A stretch of 64,000 bases of DNA from an uncultured Clostridia bacterium (GTDB lineage Bacteria > Bacillota > Clostridia > Oscillospirales > CAG-272), in assembly GCA_947625805.1 (NCBI GenBank), contig CANQPT010000004.1:13829-77828 (forward strand). The letters are read 5' to 3'. Positions 7,316 through 17,341 of the stretch are shown in pieces. Under the pieces are notes generated by a model. It was not told the DNA's origin and searched no databases. It saw only the letters and a list, made by a program, of their open reading frames with translations. Numbering within the stretch: the first letter of the stretch is position 1; each line of letters begins with the position of its first letter. The position numbers and the translations under genes were made by a program.

Positions 7316-8248
7316 TTATTGACCCAGCATCTTGGCAACCTCGTCACCGAGATTATCCTCTCTCTTTTCGATGCCCTCGCCCTTCTCGAACATGACAAAA
7401 CTGTCGATGGCAAGATCACTGCCAAGGTCCTTTGCAACCGATGCGACATACTCGCCGACGGTCATCTTGTCTTCCTTGACGTAAGCCTGCTCGGTTAAGC
7501 AGTTCTTCTCATAGAACTTGCCGATCCTACCGGAAACCATCTTCTCGATGATCTGATCGGGCTTGCTTGCGTTCTTCGGGTCAGCCTTGATCTGAGCGAT
7601 CAGCACGGCCTTTTCCTCGTCGATCGCGCTCTGCGGCACATCCTCTTTCTTTGCGTAAGTAGGGGCCATAGCGGCAATCTGCAAAGCAACGTTCTTGGCG
7701 CACTCCGCGAAAGCGTCCTTTGCGGCAACAGCCGGATCAGCGCTAAACTTAACGATAACGCCGGCAGTGCCCTTGCCGTGGATATAGGTGCTGAGCACAC
7801 CGTCTACAACCGCAAATCTGCGGATCGAGAGTTTCTCGCCGATGACAAAGGTCTTGTCCTTGAGTTCAGCCTCGACCGTAACGTCCTTGCCGTCAAAAGG
7901 CAACGCCATCAGCGCGTCCACATCAGCCGGACGGTTGGCAAGCACGGTACGCAGTAAGCCCTTAACAAACTCACCGAACGCCTCGTTCTTTGCCACAAAG
8001 TCGGTCTCAGAGTTTACCTCGATGATTGCAGCGGTAGCACCGTCATCCGAGCGCATGATATCAACTAAACCCTCTGCAGCGATGCGGTCCTGCTTCTTTG
8101 CGGCAACGGCAAGGCCCTTCTCGCGCAGAATCTTCTTGGCTGCCTCAAAATCGCCGTCAGCCTCGACCAATGCCTTTTTACAATCCATCATGCCGCAACC
8201 GGTCGCTTTTCTAAGCTCGCTGACGGCACTTGCAGTAATATTTGCCAT
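7316..8248 (-). CDS. tsf: Translation elongation factor Ts
   Basis: MANITASAVSELRKATGCGMMDCKKALVEADGDFEAAKKILREKG. Confidence 0.95.
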   Translation of the reverse strand: MANITASAVSELRKATGCGMMDCKKALVEADGDFEAAKKILREKGLAVAAKKQDRIAAEGLVDIMRSDDGATAAIIEVNSETDFVAKNEAFGEFVKGLLRTVLANRPADVDALMALPFDGKDVTVEAELKDKTFVIGEKLSIRRFAVVDGVLSTYIHGKGTAGVIVKFSADPAVAAKDAFAECAKNVALQIAAMAPTYAKKEDVPQSAIDEEKAVLIAQIKADPKNASKPDQIIEKMVSGRIGKFYEKNCLTEQAYVKEDKMTVGEYVASVAKDLGSDLAIDSFVMFEKGEGIEKREDNLGDEVAKMLGQ

Positions 8249-8266
8249 TCTGTCTTCCTCCTCGAA

Positions 8267-9022
8267 TTACTCTGCGTCCGTGTTCTCGGCTGGAACTTCC
8301 TCGGCCGCCGGAGCCTCTGCTTCGGCGTCTTCCAGCTGCTCACCCTGCTTACCTTCCAGCACGGCGTCAGCCAGTGCAGAAGAGAACAACTTGATCGCGC
8401 GGATAGCGTCGTCGTTACCCGGAATAATATAATCCACTTCGTCCGGATCGCAGTTGGTATCTACGATGGCAACCACCGGAATGCCCAGTTTTCTTGCCTC
8501 AAGCACCGCATTTCTCTCCTTGCGGGTGTCTACAACGAAGATCGCATCGGGAAGCCCCGGCATCTCTTTGATACCGCCGTAGTTTTTGTCAAGAGCCTCT
8601 TTCTCTTTGAGTAAAGATGCAACCTCTTTCTTGGGCAGAAGATCAAACGTGCCGTCCTCTGCCATCTGATTGAGGGCGTTCAGGCGGGCAATGCTCCGTC
8701 TGATGGTCTTGAAGTTGGTCAGCATTCCGCCCGGCCAGCGCACGTTTACATAATACATACCGCAACGCTGCGCTTCTTCTCTGATGGTGTCCGCCGCCTG
8801 CTTCTTGGTGCCGACAAAGAGCACAGTACCCTTGTTTGCGGCGATGTCACGAATGAACTGATACGCCTCATCGAACTTCTTGGCCGTTTTGGTCAGGTCG
8901 ATGATGTAGAGTCCTCCGCGCTCGGTGAAGATGTATTCCTGCATTTTCGGATTCCATCTTCTTGTTTGGTGTCCGAAATGGGCACCTGCTTCCAGTAACT
9001 GTTTCATTGGAATAATAGACAT
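8267..9022 (-). CDS. rpsB: 30S ribosomal protein S2
   Basis: [27 protein letters not shown] with GGAGGA upstream. The track ORF (to 9169) is an upstream in-frame extension. The protein has an acidic C-terminal tail. Confidence 0.95.
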   Translation of the reverse strand: MSIIPMKQLLEAGAHFGHQTRRWNPKMQEYIFTERGGLYIIDLTKTAKKFDEAYQFIRDIAANKGTVLFVGTKKQAADTIREEAQRCGMYYVNVRWPGGMLTNFKTIRRSIARLNALNQMAEDGTFDLLPKKEVASLLKEKEALDKNYGGIKEMPGLPDAIFVVDTRKERNAVLEARKLGIPVVAIVDTNCDPDEVDYIIPGNDDAIRAIKLFSSALADAVLEGKQGEQLEDAEAEAPAAEEVPAENTDAE

Positions 9023-9106
9023 AATTCCGTCCTCCTTCGGTTTTTCCCACCACGGCACTTGTGTTTTCGCAACCGAACGTGCGCCGTGTGTGTCGTTACT
9101 CCGCTT

Positions 9107-9135
9107 ATTGTACCACAAGAATGCCGCAAAATCAA
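9107..9135 (-). promoter_or_regulatory. Candidate rpsB-tsf promoter
   Basis: On the minus strand, TTGATT-17 nt-TACAAT with TG at -15/-14. Confidence 0.5.
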
Positions 9136-9162
9136 GGTTTTTTCCGAAATTTTTCCTCGCCC

Positions 9163-9191
9163 TTGACAAAAGGTTTTTTCAAGAGTATAAT
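9163..9191 (+). promoter_or_regulatory. Consensus sigma-A promoter for coaX
   Basis: TTGACA-17 nt-TATAAT. Confidence 0.6.
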
Positions 9192-9208
9192 TGCACGGGG
9201 TGATAGAA

Positions 9209-9979
9209 ATGATCTTGTGTGCCGATATCGGAAATTCCAGTATTGACTTCTGTATCTACGAAGATACGGGAAAGCGCCGTCTTTCATTCAAAATTGCAAC
9301 CGACCGCGCCAAAAGCCGGGATGAATACGCCGTTATTATGGAAAGTGTTTTTCGTTTGAACAGCTTTGATCCCCGCGCCCTCACAGGCGCAATGGTCGGC
9401 TCGGTGGCACCCGATCTGACCCGCACGGTGTCGGATGCGATCGTGTCGCTCTGCGGTGTCTTGCCGCTCTGCGTCGGTCCCGGGATCAAGACCTCGCTGG
9501 ATATCAAAAGCGATAATCCCGCAGAAGTAGGCGCCGACATCGTCGCAAACGCAGTTGCCGCCCTTGCGCTGTTTTCCGCTCCCGTGATCGTTGCCGACCT
9601 AGGCACGGCGACTACCATACTTGCAATCGACGCGCACAGACGGTTAACTGACGGTTACATTCTGCCCGGGGTCTATTCCTCCTATGCCGCGCTGACCCGC
9701 GACGCGGCGGAAATTCCCTGTGTGCCGCTCTTCCCGCCCAAATCTCTTTCCGGAAAGAATACCGCTTCCAGTGTCAACGTCGGCGTGGTCTATTCGGCGG
9801 TCTACGCGTTGGATGGGTTTATTTCGCTTTTGCAAGAGCGTTTGGGTGATGCTCCTGTGGTTGCGACCGGAAGTGCGGCAGGTCTGATCGTCCCGCTCTG
9901 CAAGCATGAGATCGCCGTGCACGAACACCTGACCTGTGACGGTCTTTATCAAATCTATCTGAAAAACCGTACAAACTGA
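9209..9979 (+). CDS. coaX: Type III pantothenate kinase
   Basis: MILCADIGNSSIDFCIY ... ADLGTATT. The start was moved to 9209 because the track start overlaps the -10 box. Confidence 0.85.
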   Translation: MILCADIGNSSIDFCIYEDTGKRRLSFKIATDRAKSRDEYAVIMESVFRLNSFDPRALTGAMVGSVAPDLTRTVSDAIVSLCGVLPLCVGPGIKTSLDIKSDNPAEVGADIVANAVAALALFSAPVIVADLGTATTILAIDAHRRLTDGYILPGVYSSYAALTRDAAEIPCVPLFPPKSLSGKNTASSVNVGVVYSAVYALDGFISLLQERLGDAPVVATGSAAGLIVPLCKHEIAVHEHLTCDGLYQIYLKNRTN

Positions 9980-10112
9980 CGCCACAGTGACCCGTACCGA
10001 AGAAAACGCTGATCCAATGTACTGCGATTTCCCGGACGGTATCTGCGCGTCATTTGTAAATACATTTGTTACGCTGTACCTCGGAACGAGGACGGCAGTA
10101 AGGAGGATTGCC

Positions 10113-10739
10113 ATGTCAAGGGCAAACAACACAATCGTAAGAATGGTCGAACTGGCAGTGCTCACCGCACTTGTGATCATTCTCCAATTCGCAGGAGGCG
10201 CTCTGACCGCCTTTCTGCCCGTACCGATCAGTCTGGTACTGATCCCCATTACCATGGGCGGAATGCTCTTGGGTCCGGGAGCAGGCGCATGGCTCGGATT
10301 TGTGTTCGGTACGGTCACATTCGTATGCGGTATCACGGGTTTTGATCAGTTCACTGCATTTCTGCTCACCACCCACCCGGTGCTGGTCACCATTATCTGC
10401 TATGCAAAAGCGATTTTAGCCGGGCTTTGTTCCGCGCTGATTTTCAAAGCATTTGTAAGGGCCGGAAAAGGCGACTCGTTGGTTGCATCTCTTGTGGCAG
10501 CGGGTATAACACCGATCGTCAACACGGGTGTTTTTATCATCGGTTGTTTCTTTATGACCGGTACGATGCAGACCCTGATCGACACCACCGCAGATCCGAA
10601 GTTTGTCGGTGCGACAGTCGCTTATTATATTTTCATCGGTCTTGCCGGAATCAATTTTGTAACGGAATTCCTGTTAAATACCGTTTTATCCCCTGCCCTT
10701 AACCGCATCTACCGTGTGGTAGGTGCAAAAATCGGATAA
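10113..10739 (+). CDS. ECF-transporter substrate-specific (S) component, possibly pantothenate (PanT-like)
   Basis: About six TM segments. AAGGAGG lies upstream of the ATG at 10113. The gene sits next to coaX, and ecfA1A2T is present in the window. Substrate assignment is inference from context only. Confidence 0.6.
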   Translation: MSRANNTIVRMVELAVLTALVIILQFAGGALTAFLPVPISLVLIPITMGGMLLGPGAGAWLGFVFGTVTFVCGITGFDQFTAFLLTTHPVLVTIICYAKAILAGLCSALIFKAFVRAGKGDSLVASLVAAGITPIVNTGVFIIGCFFMTGTMQTLIDTTADPKFVGATVAYYIFIGLAGINFVTEFLLNTVLSPALNRIYRVVGAKIG

Positions 10740-10810
10740 AAACCGTATCGTCCGCTTTTCATAATTTCTGAAAAGCGGGCGATACTCTTATATAGAAAGG
10801 TGGGGTCAGT

Positions 10811-11365
10811 ATGGCTGTCTATTTGCTTTTGATTGTTCCGCTCCTCTTCCCCTATCTTGCCGTGGGAAGTATTTTGGGCTGTATGTACACGGATGTGGGC
10901 ATTGCTTTTGTGGAGCACTGGCTGGATGGCAACATCTTTGTTCTTCTTTTTTTCATTTTGATCGCTTGGGTATGTGCGCTGCTGTTGTCGGTGATCGGCA
11001 CGGCGGTGGCATATCGCCGCAGACCCGCCCTCGAGATTGCACGGATGAATTTTATCTTAAAATGTCTGCATATCCCGGCATACGTATTCATCTTTTTTGT
11101 TGCCGCTTTCACATTTGTACACGTTCCGTTTTTCTTTGGTTTGGTTGCATTGATCGGTTTTTTGATTGACGCCATGACCATAATTCCGTCCGGCGTGATC
11201 GGCCTCGGTGCGCTGGTCAAAGCGCGTAAAGAAAGAGCCTTTTCTGCGCCTGCTGCGGTCTTTCTTTCCATCGCGCAGTTTCTCTTTTGTGCAGATCTTG
11301 TATGCGCAGCCGCAGTATTCTTCCGACTGCGAAAAAAGAACAGACGATCTCTCAGGGAGCCGTAA
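10811..11365 (+). CDS. Polytopic membrane protein, unknown function
   Basis: Several hydrophobic segments and a basic C-terminus. No motif recognised. Confidence 0.5.
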   Translation: MAVYLLLIVPLLFPYLAVGSILGCMYTDVGIAFVEHWLDGNIFVLLFFILIAWVCALLLSVIGTAVAYRRRPALEIARMNFILKCLHIPAYVFIFFVAAFTFVHVPFFFGLVALIGFLIDAMTIIPSGVIGLGALVKARKERAFSAPAAVFLSIAQFLFCADLVCAAAVFFRLRKKNRRSLREP

Positions 11366-11442
11366 GGCTCTTTTTTATGACAAAAATGTGTAACGGCGTT
11401 CCTTTCTGTACACAATAAAGAAAAACGCAAAGGAAGAAGCAT

Positions 11443-12828
11443 ATGCAAATCACGGGCAGTTATCAGATAGACACCGAGCGCTTGGATCAGGCTTTGAATA
11501 CCGACCGTTCCTTCGATATAATCAAGCGGGAATTTATCAATATGCAGGGGGTCAAGTGCGCACTGTATGCAGTAGACGGACTGGTCAAAGATACGGTCTT
11601 GACCGAATCGCTTAACTTTTTCATCCGTTTTGACGGAAAAGGCGAACGCGAGATCGCGGCGATTCCATATATCGAAACAGAGTCACAGTATAAGATCGAC
11701 GGGATCGCCGACAGTGTGCTCAAAGGCGGAACGGCTATCCTGCGGGACGGCTGTTATTCCGCGGTCGTGCTGTATGCGCGTTCCTATCCTTTGCGCAGCA
11801 TAGAAGAACCGGAAAACGATAAGGTTTTGCGCGGTCCGCGGGACGGCTTCGGAGAATCGATCATTTTGAACACCTCGCTCATTCGTCGCAGGATCCGGGA
11901 CGCAAACCTTTGCACGGAAAAGTTCACGATCGGCGCAAAGACCAAAACCGACGTCGGCATCTGCTATATTGACGGCGCGGCAGACCCGGCGTTTGTTGCA
12001 AGCATCAAGAGCAAGTTGACTGCCATACACACCGGCAGTCTGGACATGGGAGCGGAATCCATCGCCGAGTTGCTCATCAAGCAAAGGTGGTACAATCCCT
12101 TTCCCAAAATCCGGTACACCGAACGCCCGGACACCGCTTGCGCACATCTGACCGAGGGCAGCGTCATTCTCATCTGCGACAATTATCCCGCCGTCATGAT
12201 CCTGCCCACATCAATTTTTGATTTTTTGCAGGAAACAGACGATTTCTACTTCCCTCCTCTGGTCGGCACATATCAGCGGCTTGTTCGTTATGTGATCATC
12301 CTGCTTACGCTCTATTTGCTCCCGGTTTGGTATCTCTTTCAGGAAAATCCGCAGTATGCTCCCGGGTGGATGCAGTTTTTAATCGTGGAAAACCACGCGC
12401 AACTCCCCTTGATCTTTCAGATCTTTGTTGCCGAGATCGCCATCGACGGTCTGAAACTCGCCTCGCTGAACACGCCCAGTATGCTGGGTAATTCTCTCTC
12501 GGTGGTTGCCGGACTGATTCTGAGCGATTTTGCGATCTCGGCCGGATGGTTTGAGCCGGCAATCATCCTGTATGTTGCAATTACCGCGATCGGAAATTTC
12601 ACACAGGTCAGTTACGAACTCGGCTATGCCCTCAAATTTATGCGCTTAAGTATGTTGTTATTTACCGCGCTGTTCGGACTGTGGGGATTTGTCGGGTCGG
12701 CGGTGATCATGAAGATCCTGATCATCACCAACAAGGGAGCCGGCGGACGCGGATACCTCTATCCGCTCATTCCCTTCAACTGGAGCGCCTTCAAAAGACA
12801 GATCATTCGCACAAAAAAGAGATCCTGA
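11443..12828 (+). CDS. GerA-family spore germination protein / SpoVAF-like
   Basis: The N-terminal soluble domain plus C-terminal TM bundle is typical of GerAA/SpoVAF (...LRGPRDGFGESIILNTSLIRRRIRD...). Confidence 0.8.
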   Translation: MQITGSYQIDTERLDQALNTDRSFDIIKREFINMQGVKCALYAVDGLVKDTVLTESLNFFIRFDGKGEREIAAIPYIETESQYKIDGIADSVLKGGTAILRDGCYSAVVLYARSYPLRSIEEPENDKVLRGPRDGFGESIILNTSLIRRRIRDANLCTEKFTIGAKTKTDVGICYIDGAADPAFVASIKSKLTAIHTGSLDMGAESIAELLIKQRWYNPFPKIRYTERPDTACAHLTEGSVILICDNYPAVMILPTSIFDFLQETDDFYFPPLVGTYQRLVRYVIILLTLYLLPVWYLFQENPQYAPGWMQFLIVENHAQLPLIFQIFVAEIAIDGLKLASLNTPSMLGNSLSVVAGLILSDFAISAGWFEPAIILYVAITAIGNFTQVSYELGYALKFMRLSMLLFTALFGLWGFVGSAVIMKILIITNKGAGGRGYLYPLIPFNWSAFKRQIIRTKKRS

Positions 12829-12833
12829 ACGCG

Positions 12834-12866
12834 AACGCCCCTGTTCCACTCCGAAACAGGGGCGTT
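12834..12866. terminator. Bidirectional terminator between the convergent gerA-like gene and sigF
   Basis: AACGCCCCTGTT-loop-AACAGGGGCGTT, a 12-bp stem. Confidence 0.65.
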
Positions 12867-12868
12867 TC

Positions 12869-13573
12869 CTATAATGCCTGTCGCAATTTGTTCATGATCT
12901 TTTTCTCCTCGCGGGAGACCTTTACCTGAGAGAGGCCGAGCAGTTCTCCTGTCTGTTGCTGGGATAAATCCCGGAAATATCGAAGCAGAATGATCTTGCG
13001 CTCCAGTTCCGGCAGAGAGCCGATGGCCTGGGAAAGAGCAATACGGTCGGTCAGTTTGTCCATTTCGTTCTGCTTATCGGGGATGAAATCGCCCAGTTCG
13101 CTGTCATCATCTCCGACCGTTTCGCTCAGCGAACGAACGGGTCCCACCGCCTCAAGGGCGTATATGACGTCCTCTACGCTGATGCCACAAGCCTCCGCCA
13201 GTTCATGCAGTCGCGGCTCGCGTCCGTTTTGCGCGGTCAACTCGTCTTTTTTTCGCAGAATTTCCACGCCCTGCCGTTTGGTCAGGCGAGAAACCTTGAT
13301 CATGCCGTCGTCCCGTAAAAACCGGCGGATTTCACCGATGATCAGCGGTACGGCATAGGTGGAAAAGACGCACTCATAGGAGAAATCAAAGCTGCGAACG
13401 GCTTTCATCATGCCGATGGCGCCGATTTGCACCAGATCTTCAAAATCCACCCCACGGTCGGTAAATTTGAGTGCCAGTTTTTTGACCAGACCCATATTGC
13501 AGGCGATCACTTGCTCAAAGGCCTGCTCATCTCCCTGTTGGGCTTGCTCAATCAGGGCCAGATTGTCGCGCAT
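12869..13573 (-). CDS. sigF: Sporulation sigma factor SigF
   Basis: Sigma-70 regions 2-4 are present. The gene lies directly downstream of spoIIAA-spoIIAB. Confidence 0.9.
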   Translation of the reverse strand: MRDNLALIEQAQQGDEQAFEQVIACNMGLVKKLALKFTDRGVDFEDLVQIGAIGMMKAVRSFDFSYECVFSTYAVPLIIGEIRRFLRDDGMIKVSRLTKRQGVEILRKKDELTAQNGREPRLHELAEACGISVEDVIYALEAVGPVRSLSETVGDDDSELGDFIPDKQNEMDKLTDRIALSQAIGSLPELERKIILLRYFRDLSQQQTGELLGLSQVKVSREEKKIMNKLRQAL

Positions 13574-13586
13574 AAAATCACTTTCT

Positions 13587-14021
13587 TTACTTTTTAATGC
13601 GCTTGGTCATGACGACGCTTGTCCCGAATCCCGCCGCGGAACGCACCCGCAGTTTATCTGTGAAAGATTCCATGATCGCAAAACCCATTCCACCGCGCTC
13701 ACCGGAGGTATCGGTGGTGTAGAGCGGTTCCATCGCTTTTTTCACATCGGCGATGCCGCACCCCTTATCCCGTATGGAGATCACGACCTTGCCGTCGTCA
13801 TAGTATTTCGCGCATATGTAGATCTTGCCCTCGGTGTCGCGGTAGGCGTGCACGACACAGTTTGTGACCGCCTCGCTGACCGCCGTGCGTATGTCCCCCA
13901 GGTCCCCGACCGAGGGATCGAGTTGCCCGACAAAGGCCGAAACTGCATAGCGCGCATAACTTTCATTTACAGATTTAGAGGGAATGGTCAGGCGCATTTC
14001 ATTTAACAATTTGCTTTTCAC
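13587..14021 (-). CDS. spoIIAB: Anti-sigma F factor (serine protein kinase) SpoIIAB
   Basis: NESYARYAVSAFVGQLDP...VSEAVTNCVVHAY...DKGCGI. A GTG start at 14021 lies 1 nt after the spoIIAA stop. The track start at 14057 would overlap spoIIAA. Confidence 0.9.
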   Translation of the reverse strand: MKSKLLNEMRLTIPSKSVNESYARYAVSAFVGQLDPSVGDLGDIRTAVSEAVTNCVVHAYRDTEGKIYICAKYYDDGKVVISIRDKGCGIADVKKAMEPLYTTDTSGERGGMGFAIMESFTDKLRVRSAAGFGTSVVMTKRIKK

Positions 14022-14022
14022 C

Positions 14023-14340
14023 TTATTTGCTCCTTTCCATCGGCACGATTTTGTCAAGTCCCGCCATTAAAATGATCCGCGCTACCGCGTCGGTGGGATT
14101 GAGCACGGTAAGTTCCGATCCAATATCGCTGGTCAGTGCATATCTTCCCATGATTAAACCCAAACCGGAAGAATCCATAAAGGAAACCCCTGAAAGATCC
14201 ATGCGTACCTTTTTGGGACGCATGGATAAAATCTGCCGATCGGTTTCGCATCGGATCTCTTTGGCGCTGTGATGGTCGATCTCACCGTAAATGGACAGAG
14301 TGAGTATCTCTTTTTCTTTTTCTGCTTGTACGCTGATCAT
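14023..14340 (-). CDS. spoIIAA: Anti-sigma F factor antagonist (STAS) SpoIIAA
   Basis: STAS fold with the phosphorylatable Ser motif SFMDSSGLG. Confidence 0.9.
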   Translation of the reverse strand: MISVQAEKEKEILTLSIYGEIDHHSAKEIRCETDRQILSMRPKKVRMDLSGVSFMDSSGLGLIMGRYALTSDIGSELTVLNPTDAVARIILMAGLDKIVPMERSK

Positions 14341-14348
14341 AAAAAAAC

Positions 14349-14376
14349 ATCCTATCGGTTTTTACACCGATAGGAT
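14349..14376 (-). terminator. valS terminator hairpin sitting in the spoIIAA leader
   Basis: On the minus strand, ATCCTATCGGT-gtaaaa-ACCGATAGGAT, then G, seven T's and the spoIIAA ATG. Confidence 0.6.
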
Positions 14377-14418
14377 ATCATAGAATATACGAAAAGACTG
14401 TCGCAATCCGCTGTCGAT

Positions 14419-17043
14419 TTATTTTAATTTTGCCAGCGCCTGCTCGATGCCCGCGAGGGTGTCACGGTACTTTTGCAGTTTTTCACGCTCGCCTGCGACC
14501 ACTTTTTCGGGCGCTTTGGCAATAAAGTTCTCGTTTGCCAGTTTGCCCTCCACGCGAGCAATCTCTGCAAGCACACCGTCCCGCTCTTTGGTCAGGCGTT
14601 CCCGCTCTTTCTCAAAATCAATGATCTGTGCAAGCGGGATATACAACCGGGCTGCGTCGGTGACGATCTGTACTGCGTCCTCACCCGTATATTCCTCACA
14701 GAAAGAAACCTCGGAAGCATAGGCAAGCGCCCGGAAAAAGACCGCAGTCTGCTCATCAAAGGTGTCCGCATAGGGGCTGACGATATATAACTGTGCCTTT
14801 TTAGAGGGCGGAATCTGCATCTCGGAACGGCGGTTGCGCACTGCACGGATGGCCGCGATCAAACGCTCCATCTTTTTTTCTTCTGCCGGGAAATCGAACG
14901 CCGGGTCAGCGCAGGGATAGTTGCTTATCATGATCGACTCGCCCTCATGCGGCAGGTTCTGCCAAATTTCCTCGGTAATAAACGGCATGAAAGGATGTAA
15001 CAATTTCAGCGTGCCGGAAAGTACGTATGCGATCACGTTCTGTGCGCAGCGGTTGGTTTCACTGCCCTTGTCCGCAAAGCGTGGCTTGAGCAATTCGATA
15101 TACCAGTCGCAGAACACATCCCAAATGAAGTCGTACAACTTACCCAGCGCGATGCCCAACTCAAACCGGTCAAGATTGGCGCGCACGTCCTCTGTCAAAC
15201 GGTTATAAAGCGAAAGAATCCACTTGTCCTCTAACGCAAGTTTGTCCGTCGCGGGAAGTTCGACTGTGTCAATATCCAGATTCATCAGCACAAAGCGCGC
15301 CGCGTTCCAGATTTTATTGGTAAAGTTGCGTGCGTTTTCGATCTTTTCATCTGAGGAGCGCATATCGTTTCCGGGACTGTTTCCGGTCGCCAGCGCAAAA
15401 CGCAGCGCGTCCGCGCCGTACTTGTCAATGATCTCGAGCGGATCGATGCCGTTGCCCAGACTCTTGGACATTTTTCTGCCCTGCGCGTCGCGCACCAGAC
15501 CGTGAATGAGCACGGTATCAAACGGCGCTTTTCCGGTGTATTCCAGCCCGGAGAAAATCATGCGCGACACCCAGAAGGTAATAAGATCGTAGCCTGTGAC
15601 CAACGTATTGGTGGGATAAAAATAGCGTAAATCCTCGGTATCCTCGGGCCAGCCGAGTGTCGAGAACGGCCAGAGGGCGCTGGAAAACCATGTGTCCAGC
15701 GTATCCGGATCCTGCCGCATTTGTGCCCCGCACTTGGGGCAGGTCGCGGTATCTTCCGAGCTCACCACAAGCTCACCGCAATCATCGCAATAGAACGCGG
15801 GGATCCGATGCCCCCACCAAAGCTGGCGGGAGATACACCAGTCTCGGATATTCTCCATCCAGTGGAAGTAGTTCTTCTCAAAGCGCTCGGGCACGAATTT
15901 GACGTCGCCGTTTTTGACCGCGTCGATGGCAGGTGCGGCAAGCGGCTGCATTTTGACAAACCATTGCAGCGACACCCGCGGCTCAATGGTCGTGCCGCAG
16001 CGATAGCAGGTGCCGACGTTGTGCGAGTAGTCCTCTACTCTCACCAGTGCGCCGCATGCTTCAAGATCCCGCACGATGGCCTTCCTTGCCTCGTAGCGAT
16101 CCATGCCGGCATATGCCGGATAATCGTCCACGATGTGTGCGTCGTCGGTCAAGACGTTGATGATCGGAAGACCGTGCCGCGCACCGACTTCAAAGTCGTT
16201 GGGGTCGTGAGCAGGGGTGATCTTGACCACGCCGGTCCCGAAATCTTTTTCTACATATTCGTCCGCCACGATGGGAATCTCGCGTCCCACCAGCGGAAGG
16301 ATCAGCGTTTTTCCAACCAGATGGGCATAACGCTCGTCATCGGGATGTACGGCGACCGCCGTATCGCCCAACAGGGTTTCCGGACGGGTGGTCGCAAGTT
16401 CCAGATAACCGCTGCCGTCCTTTAACGGATAGCGCAGATGCCAGAAAGAGCCTGCCTGATCCTCATATTCCACCTCTGCATCCGAGATGGAGGTCAGACA
16501 CTTGGGACACCAGTTGATGATGCGTTCACCGCGATAGATCAAGCCTTTGTTGTATAAACGCAGGAAGACCTCTTTGACAGCGTGAGAGCATCCCTCGTCC
16601 AGTGTAAAGCGTCTGCGGGTCCAGTCGCAGGAGGAGCCCATGCGTTTGAGCTGCTCCACGATCCTGTTGCCGTATTTGTCATTCCAGTCCCATGCACGGG
16701 CAAGGAACTCTTCTCTGCCGACCTCTTCCTTGGAAGTACCTTCGGCACGCATAGCCTCCACGATTTTGGCCTCGGTGGCGATCGACGCATGGTCGGTGCC
16801 CGGCAGCCAGAGAGTGGAAAACCCGCTCATGCGCTTATAGCGAATGAGAATATCCTGTAATGTATTGTCAAGAGCGTGACCCATGTGCAGCTGCCCCGTG
16901 ATGTTCGGGGGCGGAATCACGATGGTATATGTGGGTTTTCCCGGGGTCCGCTCGGGTGTAAAGTAACCTTTTTTCTCCCAGATCCGGTACCACTTGTCCT
17001 CAATGGAGGAGGGAGAATACTGTTTTTGAAGTTCTTGTTTCAT
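14419..17043 (-). CDS. valS: Valine--tRNA ligase
   Basis: PPPNITGQLHMGHA and KMSKS motifs, with a C-terminal coiled coil. The start was set at MKQELQKQYSP (17043). Confidence 0.95.
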   Translation of the reverse strand: MKQELQKQYSPSSIEDKWYRIWEKKGYFTPERTPGKPTYTIVIPPPNITGQLHMGHALDNTLQDILIRYKRMSGFSTLWLPGTDHASIATEAKIVEAMRAEGTSKEEVGREEFLARAWDWNDKYGNRIVEQLKRMGSSCDWTRRRFTLDEGCSHAVKEVFLRLYNKGLIYRGERIINWCPKCLTSISDAEVEYEDQAGSFWHLRYPLKDGSGYLELATTRPETLLGDTAVAVHPDDERYAHLVGKTLILPLVGREIPIVADEYVEKDFGTGVVKITPAHDPNDFEVGARHGLPIINVLTDDAHIVDDYPAYAGMDRYEARKAIVRDLEACGALVRVEDYSHNVGTCYRCGTTIEPRVSLQWFVKMQPLAAPAIDAVKNGDVKFVPERFEKNYFHWMENIRDWCISRQLWWGHRIPAFYCDDCGELVVSSEDTATCPKCGAQMRQDPDTLDTWFSSALWPFSTLGWPEDTEDLRYFYPTNTLVTGYDLITFWVSRMIFSGLEYTGKAPFDTVLIHGLVRDAQGRKMSKSLGNGIDPLEIIDKYGADALRFALATGNSPGNDMRSSDEKIENARNFTNKIWNAARFVLMNLDIDTVELPATDKLALEDKWILSLYNRLTEDVRANLDRFELGIALGKLYDFIWDVFCDWYIELLKPRFADKGSETNRCAQNVIAYVLSGTLKLLHPFMPFITEEIWQNLPHEGESIMISNYPCADPAFDFPAEEKKMERLIAAIRAVRNRRSEMQIPPSKKAQLYIVSPYADTFDEQTAVFFRALAYASEVSFCEEYTGEDAVQIVTDAARLYIPLAQIIDFEKERERLTKERDGVLAEIARVEGKLANENFIAKAPEKVVAGEREKLQKYRDTLAGIEQALAKLK

Positions 17044-17101
17044 TGCTGTTGGTCCTATTGGGGAACTCCCGAAAAAGTTCCCCTCTTTGATTTTATGATT
17101 T

Positions 17102-17341
17102 TTATTTGTTGTTTTCAGATGAAACACGGGCAACATACCGCTCAAAATCAGAAACGGTTTTCAGCTCGGAAATCATCTCGTCGGGTATTGTAATCTCAAA
17201 GCGGCGCTCAAGTTCCAGAACAATACGGACTATGATAAACTCACTAACCCCAAGATCGTCGGCAAGTTCTGCCGTGGGATCAATTTGGTTTCGCTGCAAT
17301 CCCGTCAGAGAACAGACGATCTCGTAAATATCCTCAAGCAT
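17102..17341 (-). CDS. Acyl-carrier-protein-like small protein
   Basis: ADDLGVSEFIIVRIVLELERRFEITIPDEMISELKTVSDFERYV resembles the ACP DLGxDS-helix II region, but here the motif reads GVSEF. Confidence 0.55.
   Translation of the reverse strand: MLEDIYEIVCSLTGLQRNQIDPTAELADDLGVSEFIIVRIVLELERRFEITIPDEMISELKTVSDFERYVARVSSENNK

Noticed and set aside
9023-9169. Upstream in-frame extensions of rpsB, and likewise of valS (17044-17145), hydB (35171-35257), truA (49052-49201), the DUF5711-like gene (48300-48671) and ecfA1 (51598-51717)
   Set aside because: Conserved N-termini preceded by good SD sequences lie at the internal starts. The extensions overlap promoters or neighbouring genes.
11366-11442. 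Forespore (sigma F/G) promoter upstream of the GerA/SpoVAF-like gene
   Set aside because: Sequences such as GTGTAAC...CACAATA are only loosely similar to the sigma-G consensus. I cannot support a call by eye.
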